From: Felis catus
Taxonomy: Eukaryota
Assembly: GCF_018350175.1 (NCBI RefSeq)
Contig: NC_058383.1
Span: 29,266,001-29,330,000 of the forward strand
Length of the DNA: 64,000 nt
Reading direction: 5' to 3'
A program made the translations under genes and the position numbers. Under the pieces are notes generated by a model that worked only from the letters and a program-made list of their open reading frames with translations, was not told the origin of the DNA and searched no databases. This document shows positions 47,490 through 62,242 of this stretch, in pieces (position 1 is the first letter of the stretch; each line of letters opens with the position of its first letter).

Positions 47490-49700
47490 TGGTTAGGTTG
47501 GGTCTGTTTTTTAGTCATTCTGATAATTTCTGCATTTTAATTGTCTTGTTTACTCCATTTTCTGTGTCTTGCATAATCTGTGATAGGATTAAGTGTGGGT
47601 TTACCATTTTGTTTTGATTTGACCTGTTTTTCTTGGTGGTGGTAGTGTTCCTCCTTTGTTATGTTTTAAAAATACATATTCATTTATTTTTGGAATTCTA
47701 ACTAAATGTTTCTATTTTGTAATAGCTGTACTTCTTTAGTTGTATGGGCATGCAATATACAGCCTTCATGTTTTGTAGGTTACTTAATGCTGTAGCATTG
47801 TACACAAGATATAAAACCCTGGTCAACATCTAGATCCACTTCCACCATCCGTTATTGATATTTTTAAGTGTTACATCTATATATTTTATAAACCCCTTTA
47901 CAATGTTATTTTTTATAGTGCAGGTTTTCTGGTGATGAATTCTTAATTTTTATCTGAAAATATCTTTAGTTCACTTTTATTCTTAAAGAGTATTTCTACT
48001 TGATACAGAATTCTAGTTTGACAGTCACTCTCTCCCTCCTGTTCCCCACTAAGAACTTTAAAGACATTTCTTGGGTATTTTCTTCAGCAGTTTCTGATGA
48101 AAACTCGATCATAAAACAAATAGTTGTTACAGTTGTTACCCTGTGTGCACTGTACGGCTTTTTTTTTTTGGCACTTTCAAGATTTGCTCTTTAACTCTGG
48201 CTTTCAGTAATTTGACTATGATATGATGAGGCCTTCTATTTACCCTGCTTGATGTTCAGTTAGCATCTGAAAGTTACAAACTTGTCTTTCATCACATTTG
48301 TGAAAAACTGGATTCTTTCTTTTTTTAAAAAAAATTTTTTTATGTTTATTTATTTTTGAGAGGGAGAGAGAGTGTGAGCGGGGGAGGGGCAGAGACAGAG
48401 GAAGACACAGAATCTGAAGCAGGCTCCAGGCTCCGAGCTATCAGCACAGAGCCTGACGCGGGGCTTGAACCCATGAACCATGAGATCATGACCTGAGCCG
48501 AAGTTGGATGCTCACCGGACTGAACCACCCAGGTGCCCCTATATATTTATTTTGAGAGAGAGACTGGGGGAGAGAGAGAGAGAATTGCAAACAGGCTCCA
48601 CACTGTTAGTGCAGAGCCCAACTCAGGGCTCAAACTCAGGAACCTTGAGATCATGACCTGAACCAAAGACACTTAAGGGACTGAGCCACCCAGGTGCCCC
48701 TTGACTATTATTTCTTAAAATATTTGGCCTGCTTCATTCTCTTCTCGGAATCCTATCATACCCATCTCAGACTGTCTGATATTAAACAACAGGTCTCTGA
48801 GGTTCTGTTCGCCTTAAAAATAAAATCTTTTCTCTCTTACTCACATTTGGATAAATTCTATTCAGCTGTCTTCAAGTTCACTGTCTTTTTACCTGTCATC
48901 TCCATTCTGTTAAGGCCATCTCTAACTTTTTTCACTTTATTATTTTTTCAGTGTTTATTTTGTGAAAGAGAGAGCACGTGCAGAAGCAGGGGGAGGGGCA
49001 CAGAGAGAGGAGGAGAATCCCAAGCAGGCTCTGTGCTGTCAGCTCAATCCGACAAACTGAGATCATGACCTGAGCAAAAATCAAGAGTCGGACACTTAAC
49101 TGAGCCACTCAGGCACCTCTTTCATTCTAGATCATGTATTTTTTAGTTTTATTTATTTTTAAGATGTTTATTTTTGAGAGAGAGAGTGAGAGAAGGAGTG
49201 GGGAAGGGACAAAGAGAGAGATCCACCATGGGCTCTGTGCTCACAGCAGAGAGCCTGATGCAGGGCTCAAACTCATGATCTGCTAGATGGTGAGCTGAGC
49301 TGAAGTCAGAAGATTAACTGACTGAGCTACCCAGGTGCCCCATATTTTTTAGTTTTATTATTTCCATTTCATTAAAAAAATCATTTCTGTATTTTCTGTT
49401 TTTTCATTCATTGCAAGTACATTTTCCTTTACATCACTGATGGCTATAATAGCTATTTTAACACCCTTATTTGCAAATTCTAATACTTGGATTAGCTGGA
49501 GTTGCTCTTAATTCACTGCCTTTTGCCGTTCAGAAAGGGTTGCATTTTCTTATTTCTATACTGCATGTGGTGAATGGCTATGAATATCACATAGTGGAGA
49601 CTCTATTCTGTTACTTTTCTCAGATGAGTGGTTTCTTTTGTTTTAGCATGCAGTCAACTTGGCTGGACTTGGAACTTCTGCCCAAGAAACATTTGGAAGG
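47490..49700 (-). mobile_element. Ancient L1 remnant with four nested minus-strand Can-SINEs (~48320-48539, 48545-48700, 48930-49100, 49145-49341)
   Basis: Degenerate antisense L1 text (ggtgatgaattct, tctgatgaaaa, gtcttcaagttcact) plus clear SINEC bodies. Confidence 0.65.
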
Positions 49701-51282
49701 TCAGTCACAGCTCACATCTTAGCTTTAGCCTGCTCCCATGACCACCCAATGTCTCTGTGGCTTAGGAGTCAGCTCGAGATACAGACAGAATTTGGGGATC
49801 TTCCCCACTTGTTCCTTTCCTTTTAGGTTGCTCTCAACTCAGCCCTCGGACTTCCCAGGGCATAAAGGCTATGGTTTTTCGACCGGTAACCTCACCACTT
49901 AGCTTGATCCCAGAGTAAAAGCAGCAAAAAGAGGGAATTCATGCCTTTTATCTCCCTTCCTCCGAGTCTGGACTCCTCATCAGAATATGCTGCATCGATT
50001 CACTCTTCAATGCCCTCATGTTAGTGCTCTTTGTATTAAGACCAGGCTTTACAGCTGTTATCTGTGGAAGACTTGCTTAGCCAATAGTGAAATTGGAAGT
50101 CTGAGGGAAGGTATTTTAAAAACCTCAGCATGCCTGGAGTTCGGTGCTTAACGGTGTATAAAGAACACCAGACAGTGATGTAGAGCTGAGCTCCCTTGGC
50201 CTGTGAACAACAACCAGACACAAACATGGCAGGGATTCCGGTCAGCTGTCTTTGGTTAAAGGGAGGTGAGGTTCCTTCTCTGCCGTTCCATGCATCAAGT
50301 GAGCAGCACATATGAACCTACACATGAGAACCAGGTTTGGAAGGATGCGTCCTACCTATTAATTTTCTCACCAATTGCAGTTAAGCTCTTTGCCTTTCAT
50401 TTCATCTCTGCTCTCCTGTGGAGAGAACAGGTGTCACTTCTTACGGACTAATGGGGAGGACCATCTAGTCTAGCACCGTGTGTTCCCATTCTTTTTGTAA
50501 ATGTTTAAAACTATTTCTGAAATTTGGTTCTCCCCTCACAGATAAGGGCCCCTGCTGACTATGGAACTGAAGAAAACTTCAACGACAGGGACTGTGTTCC
50601 TTTGGCTCTAAGCAGTCCGAAGCACATGGAAATTGCACTTCCCGGGAGGCAGGCCACCCTGGGAGCATGCCGAACTGTATGCTGCGGCCTGGGACCGAGC
50701 AATTTCTGCAGCTGTCCGCTGAGGCAGCTGGGTAGGTTATGGTGACCGCTCACTGCCTGGTTGAGGGGACGGGCTTGTTCAGTGCTTGCTACACAAAGTG
50801 TGGATCCTCTGTGAGGCAGGGGTTCTTTCTCGAGACTTACCGTTTAGTTTAGAGGGGGAGGGAGACCAGGAGACCAGGACAAAGTTTAGGGGAAGGTATG
50901 ACAAGAATGTTGTTGGGCACCCACTGCGGGCCGGACGCCTTTACCAACAGGAACTCTCTTCCCATGGCTTGCAATAGGGAGCAATGAGGAAGGATCGGCG
51001 GACAGGGGGACGCCTGGTGCACCGTGCCTAGGAGCACCTGGTTGGGCTGCGGATCAGCGCCCAGTGAAGTCAGGAGGAGGTCGGTCTCCTCCAGAGTGCT
51101 CTTGCTCAAAACACTAGCAAAATGGTTTGCACAAGCTGGTCAACTGGAGCAGAGGGTTCTGGAGACGCGTGGAAGATGAAGCAGGGTAAGGTAGGGGCTG
51201 GGCAGTCCCGATGGCCAGCCAGGTGGAAGACCATCAGCTGAATGCCCCCGACGAATGGCAGCTTTAGGAAAGAGGGCCCCAT

Positions 51283-54200
51283 AGAGGACTTCTGGGAGGA
51301 TGGTGGAATCCAGGACCCTCGGCTCACCTGATCCCATGGACAAAGCCAGATGACAGCCACATGGGTACAAGAGTGACATAGCAGACTTCGCACGGGTAAT
51401 GGTAGGAGAATACATGGAAAAGAGACATGGAAAAGAGGAGGGGGGGGCAGAGACGCAGTAGGGAATCAAGTTCCTGGTGAGACAGACCACAAAGGAGAGG
51501 GATACCACAAGCACAGAGAAGGGAGGGGAGCAGACCCCACCCACATAAGGCACCCCAAACATCGGGGACCTGAACTGGGAAACGTTGAAAACCAGTGGGC
51601 CTTAACTCTGGGTCCTTTAACAATCGGTGGGCTTAGCTCTGGGAGAGCAGGATGGCAATGGGAAACCGAGTCCCCACCCTTAAAGACCCAGCATAACGAA
51701 CAACCCCACTGAGATACAGCATAGAAGGAGCAGTTTGAAAAGCGCCTGGGGTATAAGGGAAGCAGATTAATTTTGTATTTACTAATCTCAGAACATGTGC
51801 TGGAGAGGCAGGGATCTTTGGCAGACTTCTGCAAGAGCCAAAGAGCTGGTGGGCACCATTCTTCCCCCGCCTGCCAAGTTTAGACACCCGACACTTGTAG
51901 GAACCAGCACAAATACTCTCCACCTGCCTTGGTAACCCCACATACTGATTGTCATTCTCTCGGGGACTCACACCATCCAACCTGCCCTGGGCAGACGGGA
52001 AGATAACCGCACACACGAAGGCTTGGAGCAGACAGGTGCTCTTATTAGTGGGCAGGGCCGGCAGTCAAAGGCTCTCAGGGACAAAGCAGGGAGAGTGCCC
52101 TGCAGGCTGGTATAACCATAGCCCTGTCAACTTGGGCTGAAGGCAGGGATCTGGTCTGATCCAACTACAAGCCCAAGGCAGCCCCAGACTGGCCCTTTAA
52201 CAGCACAAAGACGAAATCCTGCCACAGTAGGCAAAGTTGGGTCACTGCAGCCAACTGGACTGAAGGCAAATGTGGCTCAGCCACAACAGTGGGGTGCATG
52301 CAACACACGTAGGAGACCCCCTGAAGCAACTACTTCTGGTGAGCGAGGCACATGGCACTACAGGGTACGACAGGACCTCTTCTTCATGAGGACCCCACTT
52401 TCAAAAGCAGGAGACATAGCTGATTTTCCTAGTACAAAGAAACAAACAGGTTTAGACAAAATAAAGAGACAGTGGACTGTATCCCAAAATATAAAAAAGA
52501 ACCAGAGATTAAGAGCTCAATAAGTGAAATTGATTCCCTCTTGTGTATTTTTAATCACAGAGGAAGCAGAAGAATGGATCAGTCACCTGGAAGACAGAGT
52601 AATGGAAAGCAACCAAGCTGAACAACAACAAAATAAAAAATGAGAATAGGTTAAGGGAATCAGCAACACAACAAACCATAACAATATTCAAATTATTGTG
52701 ATCCCAAATTTATCTGAAAAATTAATAGCCAAAAACTTCTCTAATCTGGAAAAGGAAACAGACAACCAGATCTAGGAGGCATAGTGCGCCCTAAAGAAGA
52801 TGACCCAAGAAGGTAAACACTGAGACACATTTCAAATGGCAAAAAGTAGTGACAAAGAATTATAAAAGCAGCAAAGGAAAATGGTTACGTACAAAGGAAA
52901 CCCCATATAGCTATTGGCTCATTGTCCAGCATAAACCTTGCAGGCCAGAAGGGAGTGGGATGATATATTCAAAGGGTGGAAAGGAAAAAAAACCTCCAAG
53001 AATACTCTACCCAGCAAACAGTATCATTCAGAATAGGAGATGAAGTTTGTCAAACAAAATTTAAAGGACTTCATCACCACCAAAACAGCCTTACAAGAAA
53101 TGTTCAAGGGGATTCTTTGGAAAGAAAAGGCCAGGTTCAGGAATAAGAAAATTAGGAAAGGAAAAAATTTCACAGGTAAATGCAAACATAAGAAAAGTCA
53201 TAGATTAGTCACTTATAAAAACCCAATTTGGAGGTTAAAGCACAAAAGCAGTAGAATCAATTATATCTACAAAAATCAGTCAAGGTAATTCACAAAATAA
53301 AAGGATGTAAAGTATGACAGCATATACATAAAACATGCAGAGGCAAAGAGTAAAAATTTAGTGCTTTTAGATTGGGTGCACACTTAACCATCAACTTAAT
53401 ATATGCCTACGCCATATGCATAGGATGTTATATATCAACCTAATGGTAACCACAAATCAAAAACCGGTAATAGATACGCAAAAGGTAAAGTGAAAGGAAT
53501 CCAAGCATATGATTCAAGAAAGACACCAAACCACAAGGGAAGACAGCAAAAGGGGAAAAGAACAGAGAGGAACTAGAAAACGAACCATAAAACAAATAAC
53601 AAAATGGCAATAAGCAGATATACCCATCAATAATTACTTGAATGTAAATGGATTAAATGTTCCAATCAAAAGACATAGGGTGACAGAATGGATAAGAAAT
53701 ATATGCTGCCTACCAGAGACTGACTGTAGACTAAAGACACATTTTGAAAAGTACAGGGATAGAAAAATAATTATGCAAATGGAAGCAAAAAGCAAGCTGA
53801 CACAGCAATACTTACATCAGATAAAACAGACTTTAAAACAAAAGACCCTACAGAATGAAATGGGAACAGTCCAATAAGAGGATATAACAATTACATATAG
53901 TTACGTACCCATCATGGAAGAATCTAAATACATAAAGCATCTATTACTAGACATAAAGGAAGAAACTGACAGTAGTACCTAAGGCTAGGGGACTTTAACA
54001 CCCCGCTTACATCAATGGATAGATCATCCAGACAAAAAACATGGAAACAGTGGCTTTGAATGACACATTGGACCAGATGGACCTAACATATATTCAGACC
54101 ATTTCATTCAAAACCAAAAGAATACACATTCTTTTCAAGTACATATGGAACACTCTCCAGAACAGATCACATATTAGACAAAACAAGTCTCAATAAATTA

Positions 54201-57200
54201 AAAAAGACTGAAATCCTATCATGCATCTTTTCCAACCACAATGGTATAAAACTAAAAATTACAAGAAAAAAATATGGAAAGAACATGCTACTTAATGAAT
54301 GGGTCAACCAACAAATCAAAGAAGAAATCAAAAAGGAAACAAAATATAAATGGAGACAAATGAAAATGAAAACCTAACGGTCCAAAATCTCTGGGATGCA
54401 GCAGAAGCTGTTCTAAGAGGGAAGATTATGGCAATACAGGCCTACCTCAAGAAGTAGGAAAAATCTCAAACAACCTAGTCTTAAACCTAAAGGAGCTAGA
54501 AAAAAAAGCCCCAGGCCAGTATAAGGAAGGAAATAATAAACATTAGAGCAGAAATCAATGAAATAGACTAAACAAACAAAATAACCCCCCCCCCCCCCCA
54601 AATAACAGATGGAGCAATGAAGCCAGGAGCTGGTTCTTTGAAAAGACCAACAAAATTGATGAACTTTTAGCCAAACTCCTCAAAAAAGAAACAATAAGAC
54701 TCAAAAAAATAAAATCAGAAATGAAGGAGAAATAACCAACACCACAGAGACACAAAAAAATATAAGAAATACTATGAAAGATTATATGCCAACAAATTGG
54801 ACAGCCTAGAAGAAATGGATGAATTTCTAGAAACATATCATTTTCCCTAAGTGAATCAGAAAGAAATAGAAAATTGGAACAGACTGATTACTAGTAAAGA
54901 AATTGAATCAGTAATCTAAACACTCCCAACAAACAGAAGTCCAGGACCAGATGGCTTCACAAGTGAATTCTACCAAACATTTAAAGAAGAGTTAATATCT
55001 ATTCTCAAACTAATCCAAAATAGAAGAGGAAGGAAAGCTTCTAAATTCATTCTATAAGTCCAGCATTACCCTGATACCAAAGCCAGATAAAGACACTACA
55101 AAAAAAGAAAATAAAACTATAAGTTAGTATGATGTCTGATAAACATAGATGCAAAAATCCTCACCAAAATATTAGCAAACCTAATTCAACAATACATTAA
55201 AAAGATCATTCACCATGATCAAATGGTTTTTATTCCTGAGATGCAAAGATGGTTCAATACTTATGAATCAATCAAGAATGATACATCACATTAACAAGAT
55301 AAAGAATAAAAACCATATGATCTTCTCAATAGATGGAGGAAAAGCATTTGATGAAGTGTCACATCCATTTAGGATAAAACTTCTCAACAAAGTAAGTTTA
55401 GAGGGAACATACATCAACATCATAATGGCCGTATATGGGAAAAACCCACAGGTAACCTCATACTTGATAGTGAGAAACAGCTTTTCCTCTAAGATCAGGA
55501 GCAAGTGAAGGATGTCCACTCTCACGGTGTTTATTCAACACAGTACTGGATGTGAATACATAGCAATGAGATAAGAAAAAGAAGTAAAAGGTGTCCAAAG
55601 TGGCAAGGAAGAAGTAAAACTTCTACTATTTGCAGAGAGCATGATACTATATAAAGAAAATACTAGAACTGATAATGAATTCAGTGCAGTCACAAGACAC
55701 AAAGTTAATATATAGAAATCTATTGCATTTCTATATATTAATAATGAAGTAACAGAAAAAGGCATTAAGAAAACAATCCCATTTACAACTGTATCAAAAA
55801 GAATAGAATGCTCACGAATAAACTTAACCAAGGAGGTGAAAGACCTGTGGTCTAGAAACTATGAAACACTGATGAAAGAAACTGAAAATGACATAAACAA
55901 ATGGAAAAACATCCCATGCCCATGGATTGGAAGAACCAGTATTGTGAAAATGTTCACACTACCCAAAGCAATCTACATATTTCATGCAATCTCTATCAAA
56001 ATACCAACATTTCCCACAGAACTAGAACAAACAATCCTACAAGCTGTATGGAACCACAAAAGACCCTAAATAGCCAAAGCAATCTGGAAGAGGAAGAACA
56101 AAGTTGGAGGTAGCACAATCCCAGTTTTCAAGATACAAAACTAGAGTAATCAGAACGGTACTGTACTGGCAGAAAAACAGACACATAGATCAATGGAACA
56201 GAACAGTCCAGAAATAAACATGCCTTTATGGCCAATTAATCTATAACAAAGGAAAAGAGAATATACAAAGAAGAAAACATAGTCTCTTCAACAGACGGTG
56301 TTGGGAAAACTGGACAGCTACATGCAAAAGAGTGAAACTGGAGCACTTTTTTTACACCAGGTACAAAAATAAACTCAAAATTGATTAGTGACTTAAATGT
56401 GAGGCCTGAAACCATCAAAGTCCTAGAAGAAAACTTAGGTAATAATTTCTTGGGATATCAGCCACAGAAACATTTTTGTATATATGTCTCCTCTGCCAAG
56501 AGAAACAAAAGCAAAATTAAGCTCTTGGTACTACACCAAGATAAAAAGCTTTTGCACAGTAAAGGAAACCATTAACAAAACAAAAAGGCAGCCTACTGAA
56601 TGAGAGAAGATGTTTGCAAATGATCTAACTGACAAGGGGTTAATATCCAAAATATACAAAGAACTTCTATAATTCAACACCAAGAAAAACCCAATCCAGT
56701 TAAAAATGGGCAGAAGACATGAACAGGCATTTTTCCAAAGAAAACATACAGATAGGTAACAAACACATACAAAGATGCTCAACATCCCTCATCATCAGGG
56801 AAATGCAAATCAAAACCACAATGAGCCACCACTTTACACCTGTGAGATGGCTGAAATCAAAAACACAAGACAACAAGTATTGACGAAGATGTGAAGAAAG
56901 AGGAACCCTTGTGCACTGTTGATGGGAATGCAAACTGGTACAGCAACTGTGGAAAACAGTATGGAAGTTCCTTAAAAAATTAAAAACATAATTACCATAT
57001 GATCCAGTAATCTCAGCACTGGGTATTTACCCAAAGAAAACAAAACACTAATTTGAAAAGAGATAGGCGCCCCTATGTTTACTGCAGTATTAGTTACAAC
57101 AGCCAAATGATGGAAGCAATCTAAGTGTCCAGTGATAGATGAATGGATAAAGAAGATGGAGTATATTATACACAATGGAATATTACTCAGCCACACACAA

Positions 57201-58575
57201 AAAAAGAATGAGACCTTGCCATATACAACATGGGTGGATTTGGCAGGCCTAATGCTAAGTGAAGTAAGTCAGTCAGAGAAAAATACCAAATAATTTCATT
57301 CATATGTGGAATTTAAGAAATAAAACAAACAAAGGAAAAAGAGACAATAAAAACCAGCCTCTTGAACTACTGGGACCTCATCAAGATAAAAAGCTTCTGC
57401 ATGGCGAAAGAAACAATCAGCAAAACCAAAAGGCAAGCAACAGAATGTGAGAAGATATTTCCAAATGACGTATCAGATAAAGAGTTAGTATCCAAAATCT
57501 ATAAAGAACTTATCAAACTCAACACGTAAAAAACAAAGAATCCAGTGAAGAAAGGGCAAAAGACACGAACAGACCCTTTTCCAAAGAAGACATCTAGATG
57601 GCCAACCTACACAAGAAAAAAATGTTCCACATCACTCATCATCAAGGAAATACAAATCGAAACCACAATGAGATACCTCCTCACACCTGTCAGAAAGGCT
57701 AACACTAACAACTCAGGCAACAACAGATGTTGCTGTGGATGGAGAAAAAGAAACCCTCTTGCACTGCTGGTAGGAATGCAAACTGGTGCAGCCATTCTGG
57801 AAAACAGTATGGAGGTTCCTCAAAAAATTAAAAATAAAACTACCCTATGACCCAGCAATTGCACTATTAGGTATTTATCTAAAGGATACAGGTGTGCTGT
57901 TTCGAAGGGGCAAGTGCACCCCCCATGTTTATAGCAGCACTATCAAAAATAGCCCAAGTATGCAAAGAGCCCAAATGTCCATTGATGGATGAATGGATAA
58001 AGAAGATGTGGTGTATATATATATACAATGGAGTATTACTAGGCAATCAAAAAGAAAGAAATCTTGCCATTTGCAACAACATGGATGCAACTAGAGGGTA
58101 TTATGCTAAGCAAAATTAGTCATTCAGAGAAAGACAAACTCATATGACGTAACTCATATAGATGAACATAACAGAAGGGAAGTAAAAATAATATAAAAAC
58201 AGGGAGGGGGACAAAACATAATACTCCTAAATACAGAGAACAAACTGAGGGTTGCTGGAGGTGTTGGGGGGGATGGGCTAAATGAGCAAGGGGCATTAAG
58301 GAGGACACTTGTGGGATGAGCACTGGGTGTTAACATGTAGGGGATAAATCATTGGATTCTACTCCTGAAATCATTATTGCACCATATGCTAACTGGATGT
58401 AAATGTAACTTGGATGTAAATTAAAAAAGAAAAACACAACAACTAGACTCGTAAATTGCACTGTAAGCTAACTAACATGGATGTAAATTTTTAAAAAAAG
58501 CAACCAGAGAACCTGGTTTACTGGATCACTATATTGTACACCTATATGTTAATTATACTTGGCTTTAAAAAAATA
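51283..58575 (+). mobile_element. Near full-length but degenerate carnivore L1 (5'UTR, ORF1 remnant, ORF2 remnant, 3'UTR), antisense in the MRTFB intron
   Basis: 5' start gaggacttctgggaggatggtgg...cctcggctcacc. ORF1 RILYPA and FITTKTALQEM; ORF2 [26 protein letters not shown]. Many stops and frameshifts. Confidence 0.9.
57368..58435 (+). mobile_element. Younger L1 3' fragment nested in the 3'UTR of the preceding L1
   Basis: ORF2 sequence restarts (actgggacctcatcaagataaaaagcttctgc) after the host L1 3'UTR. It closely resembles the reverse complement of 20800-21800. Confidence 0.85.
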
Positions 58576-58778
58576 AGAAGAGAAGAAAAGAGAAACGTGT
58601 ATAAAATACATGCCCTGGCTACCATCACATCTATCCTTAACATGACCCACCCCCCAAGGAGAAGTTAAAAGACAAACCCTGAATTTGTGAGTAAGTAGGA
58701 ATTGCAGGTTACACAGCTGCCGAAATTGTTTGGCAGTCTTCACAGTGAGTGGTATTTTGATTTAAAGTAGCATTTAAA

Positions 58779-61700
58779 GGAGAAGCATGGGAAATGGCAG
58801 AGTAGGTGGATCCTGAGCTCACTTCCCATGGACACATGAAGTGTGTAACTAAATATAGTGAAACTCCTTCTGAAAATGACCTGAAGACTAACAGAACCTC
58901 TCCCACAGCTAAAGATAAAAAGAAAGCCACATGGAGAAGGGAAGGAGGGGTGGGGTGTGGTCAGAAACCAAATCCCAGTCACTGTGATCCCTATCACCCA
59001 TAAGTGGGAGTGAGATCAAGCCCCACAGTGGGCACCCCCAACCTTGGGGATCTCCAATGGGGACATGAACCCCCATAATCTTTGGCTTTGAAAATTAGTG
59101 GGGCAGGAGCCAGAAGGCTATAGGGAACTGAGATTCTGCTTTTAAAGGGCCAGTGCATTATATCACTTAGTCTAAGACCCAGCACAGAAGTAGCAGTTTG
59201 GAAAGCGTCTGGGGTATATGCGAAGGAGATTTACTTTTTAGGGCATGTGCTGGAAGAGCACAGATCTGTGGGATATTTGTCTATGAATGTAAATACTGGT
59301 GGGAGCCAGCTCTGACATTGTCCATCAGTCTTGCTAACGACGCTTGCCCTGCCCCACCAAGTGGGCAGCTTGTTCTGTAGAAGGGTGGGGCCAGCCCTGC
59401 CCACCAGCGTACCCACAGAAGTCTTGGCCCAGTCACAACAGCCCACACAGACATCACCCTCGAGTGCATGGTTCTGGTGAGCATCACCTGATTGGATTGT
59501 GTCACTGGGCCGTAAGGGACGCCTTCTACACAAAGCCACCACTTTTAAGACCAGGAGATGGAGCCAAGCTACCTAATACATAGAAACAAACACAGAGTCA
59601 GACAAAATGAGGAGACAGAGTAATATGTTCCAAATGAAAGAACAACATAAAACCTCAGAAAAAGGACTACATGAAACAGAGATAAGCAATCTACCTGATA
59701 AAGAATTCAAAGTAATGGTCATAAAAGATGTTCACTGGATCTGAGAGAAGAATGGATGAACTCAGAACTTCAACAAAGAGACAGAAAATATAAAAAAAGA
59801 ACCAATCAAAGCTGAAGAACAAAATAACAGAACTGAAAAATACACAAGAGGGAATCAGCAGCAGATGAGGACGCAGAAGAACAGGTGAGTTATCTGGAAG
59901 ACAGCGCTGTGGAAATCATCCAAACTGAATAGCAAAAAGAAGAATAGAAAAAAAAATGAGGTTAGGTTAAGAGACCTCTGGGTCAACAACTATACTGACA
60001 TTTGCCTTATAAATTCCTTGAAGGAGAAGAGAGAAAAAAAGGGCCAGAAAACTTTGAAGAAAAAATAGGTGAAAACTTCTCTAACCTGGAGAAGGAAACA
60101 GATAGCCAGGTACAGGAAGGTGGAGAGTTCCAAACAAGATGAACCTAAGGAAGTCCACATAATAACTAAAATGTCAAAACTTAGGGGTGCCTGCATGGCT
60201 CAGTCGTTAAGTGTAGGACCTCATCTCAGGTCATGATCTCATGGTTTGTGGGTTCAATCCCCGCATCAGGCTCTGTGCTGACAGCTCAGAGCCTGGAGCC
60301 TGTTTCAGATTCTGTCCCTCCCCTGCTCTCACTCTCTCTCTCTCTCTCAAAAGTAAGTACACATTTAAAACATGTCAAAAATTGGGGCGCCTGGGTGGCG
60401 CAGTCGGTTAAGCGTCCAACTTCAGCCAGGTCACGATCTCGCGGTCCGTGAGTTCGAGCCCTGCGTCAGGCTCTGGGCTGATGGCTCAGAGCCTGGATCC
60501 TGTTTCTGATTCTGTGTCTCCCTCTCTCTCTGCCCCTCCCCCGTTCATGCTCTGTCTCTCTCTGTCCCAAAAATAAATAAACGTTGAAAAAAAAAAAATA
60601 AAACGTCAAAAATTAAAGATACAGAGAAAGGCAACTAATTACATATAAAGGAAACACCATGAAGCTATACACTGATTTCTCAGGAGAAACCTTCACAGAA
60701 GGTAGCAGCGTAATATATACAAAGTGGTGAAAGGAAAAAAAAATCTACAACGAAGAACACTCTACTCAGCATTCAGAATTGAGGGAAATTTATAAAGAGT
60801 TGCCCAGGCCAAAAAAAGTCAAAGGAGTGCATCACCACTGAACTGGCCTTACAAGAAATGTTAAAGGAACTTCCTGAAGCAGAAAAGAAAAGGCCTTAAC
60901 TAGAAGTAAGAAAATTATGAAAGGAAGAAGTGTCACTGGTAAAACAGTTAAAGATAGTAGATCATTCACTTATAAAACTAGTATGAGGGGTGAAAGACAA
61001 AGAAGTAAAATCAACTGTATCTACAATAACTACTTAAGGGATTCACAAAATTAAAAAAATGTAAACTATGACATTATATACATAAAAGGGGGAAAAAATG
61101 TAGTACTTTCAGAATGTGTTGGACTTAAGCAAACTGCCAACTTAGAATACTATATACCTAGGATGTTATTTATGAACCTCAAGGTAACCACAAATCAAAA
61201 AACCTGTAAAAGACACACAACAAATAAAGAGAAAGGAATCCAAGCACAATATCAAAGAAAGTCATCTAATCACAAAGAAAGCAAGAGAAGAGCTATGAGA
61301 GGAACTCTGAAAACAACCAGAAAACAAAAAACACCAATAAGTACATACCTTTCATTTTAAATATAAACAGACTAAATGGTCCAGTCAAAAGACACAGGGT
61401 TACCTAATGGATACAAAAAAACCCAAGAGCTATCTATGTGCTGCCTATAAGAGACTCACTTCAGACCTAAAGACATATACAGACTTAAAGTGAAGGGATA
61501 GGAGAAGATATTCCATACAAATGGAAGCAAAAAAGCCAAGGTAGCAAATATTTAAAAATTTACAACAGACAAAAACAGACTTTAAAGTAAAGGCTGTAAT
61601 GAGACATAGAAGGGCACCGCATAACGTTAAAGCGATCAATCCAAAAAGAGGACATAACAACTGTAAATACCCATGCACCCAACAAAAGAGCCCCTATATT

Positions 61701-62200
61701 TTGCAGATACAGTAAATATTAATGGACTAAAGGGGGAAAATTGTCAGTAATAAAATAATAGTAGGGAATTTTAACACCTCACTAACATCAATGAATAGAT
61801 CATCCAGGCAGAAAATCAGTAAGGAAATCGTGGCTCTGAATGATGCATAAGACCAGACAGACTTAATAGATATATACAGAACATTCCATCCCTCCACCCC
61901 CAAATAGCAGAATACACATTTTTCCAAAGAAGACATCCAGATGGCCAACATGGAAAAGAGTCATCAGGGAAATGCAAATCAAAACCACGAGATAACAACT
62001 TACACCAGTTCAGGATGGCCACTCTCAAAAAGACAAGAAGTAACAAGTGTTGGGAAGAATGTGGAGAAAAGGGGACCCTCTTTCACTACTGGTGGGAATG
62101 CAAACTGGTGCAGCCACTGTGAAAAACAGTATGGAGATTCCTCAAAAAATTAAAAAATAGAACTACCCTATGATGCAGCAATTCCACTTCTGGGTATTTT

Positions 62201-62242
<42 letters not shown>

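Noticed and set aside
50900..51250. Possible antisense exon or processed pseudogene ending at CAGG|GTAAGG (~51186)
   Set aside because: No sustained ORF or recognisable homology; a lone donor-like motif is insufficient.
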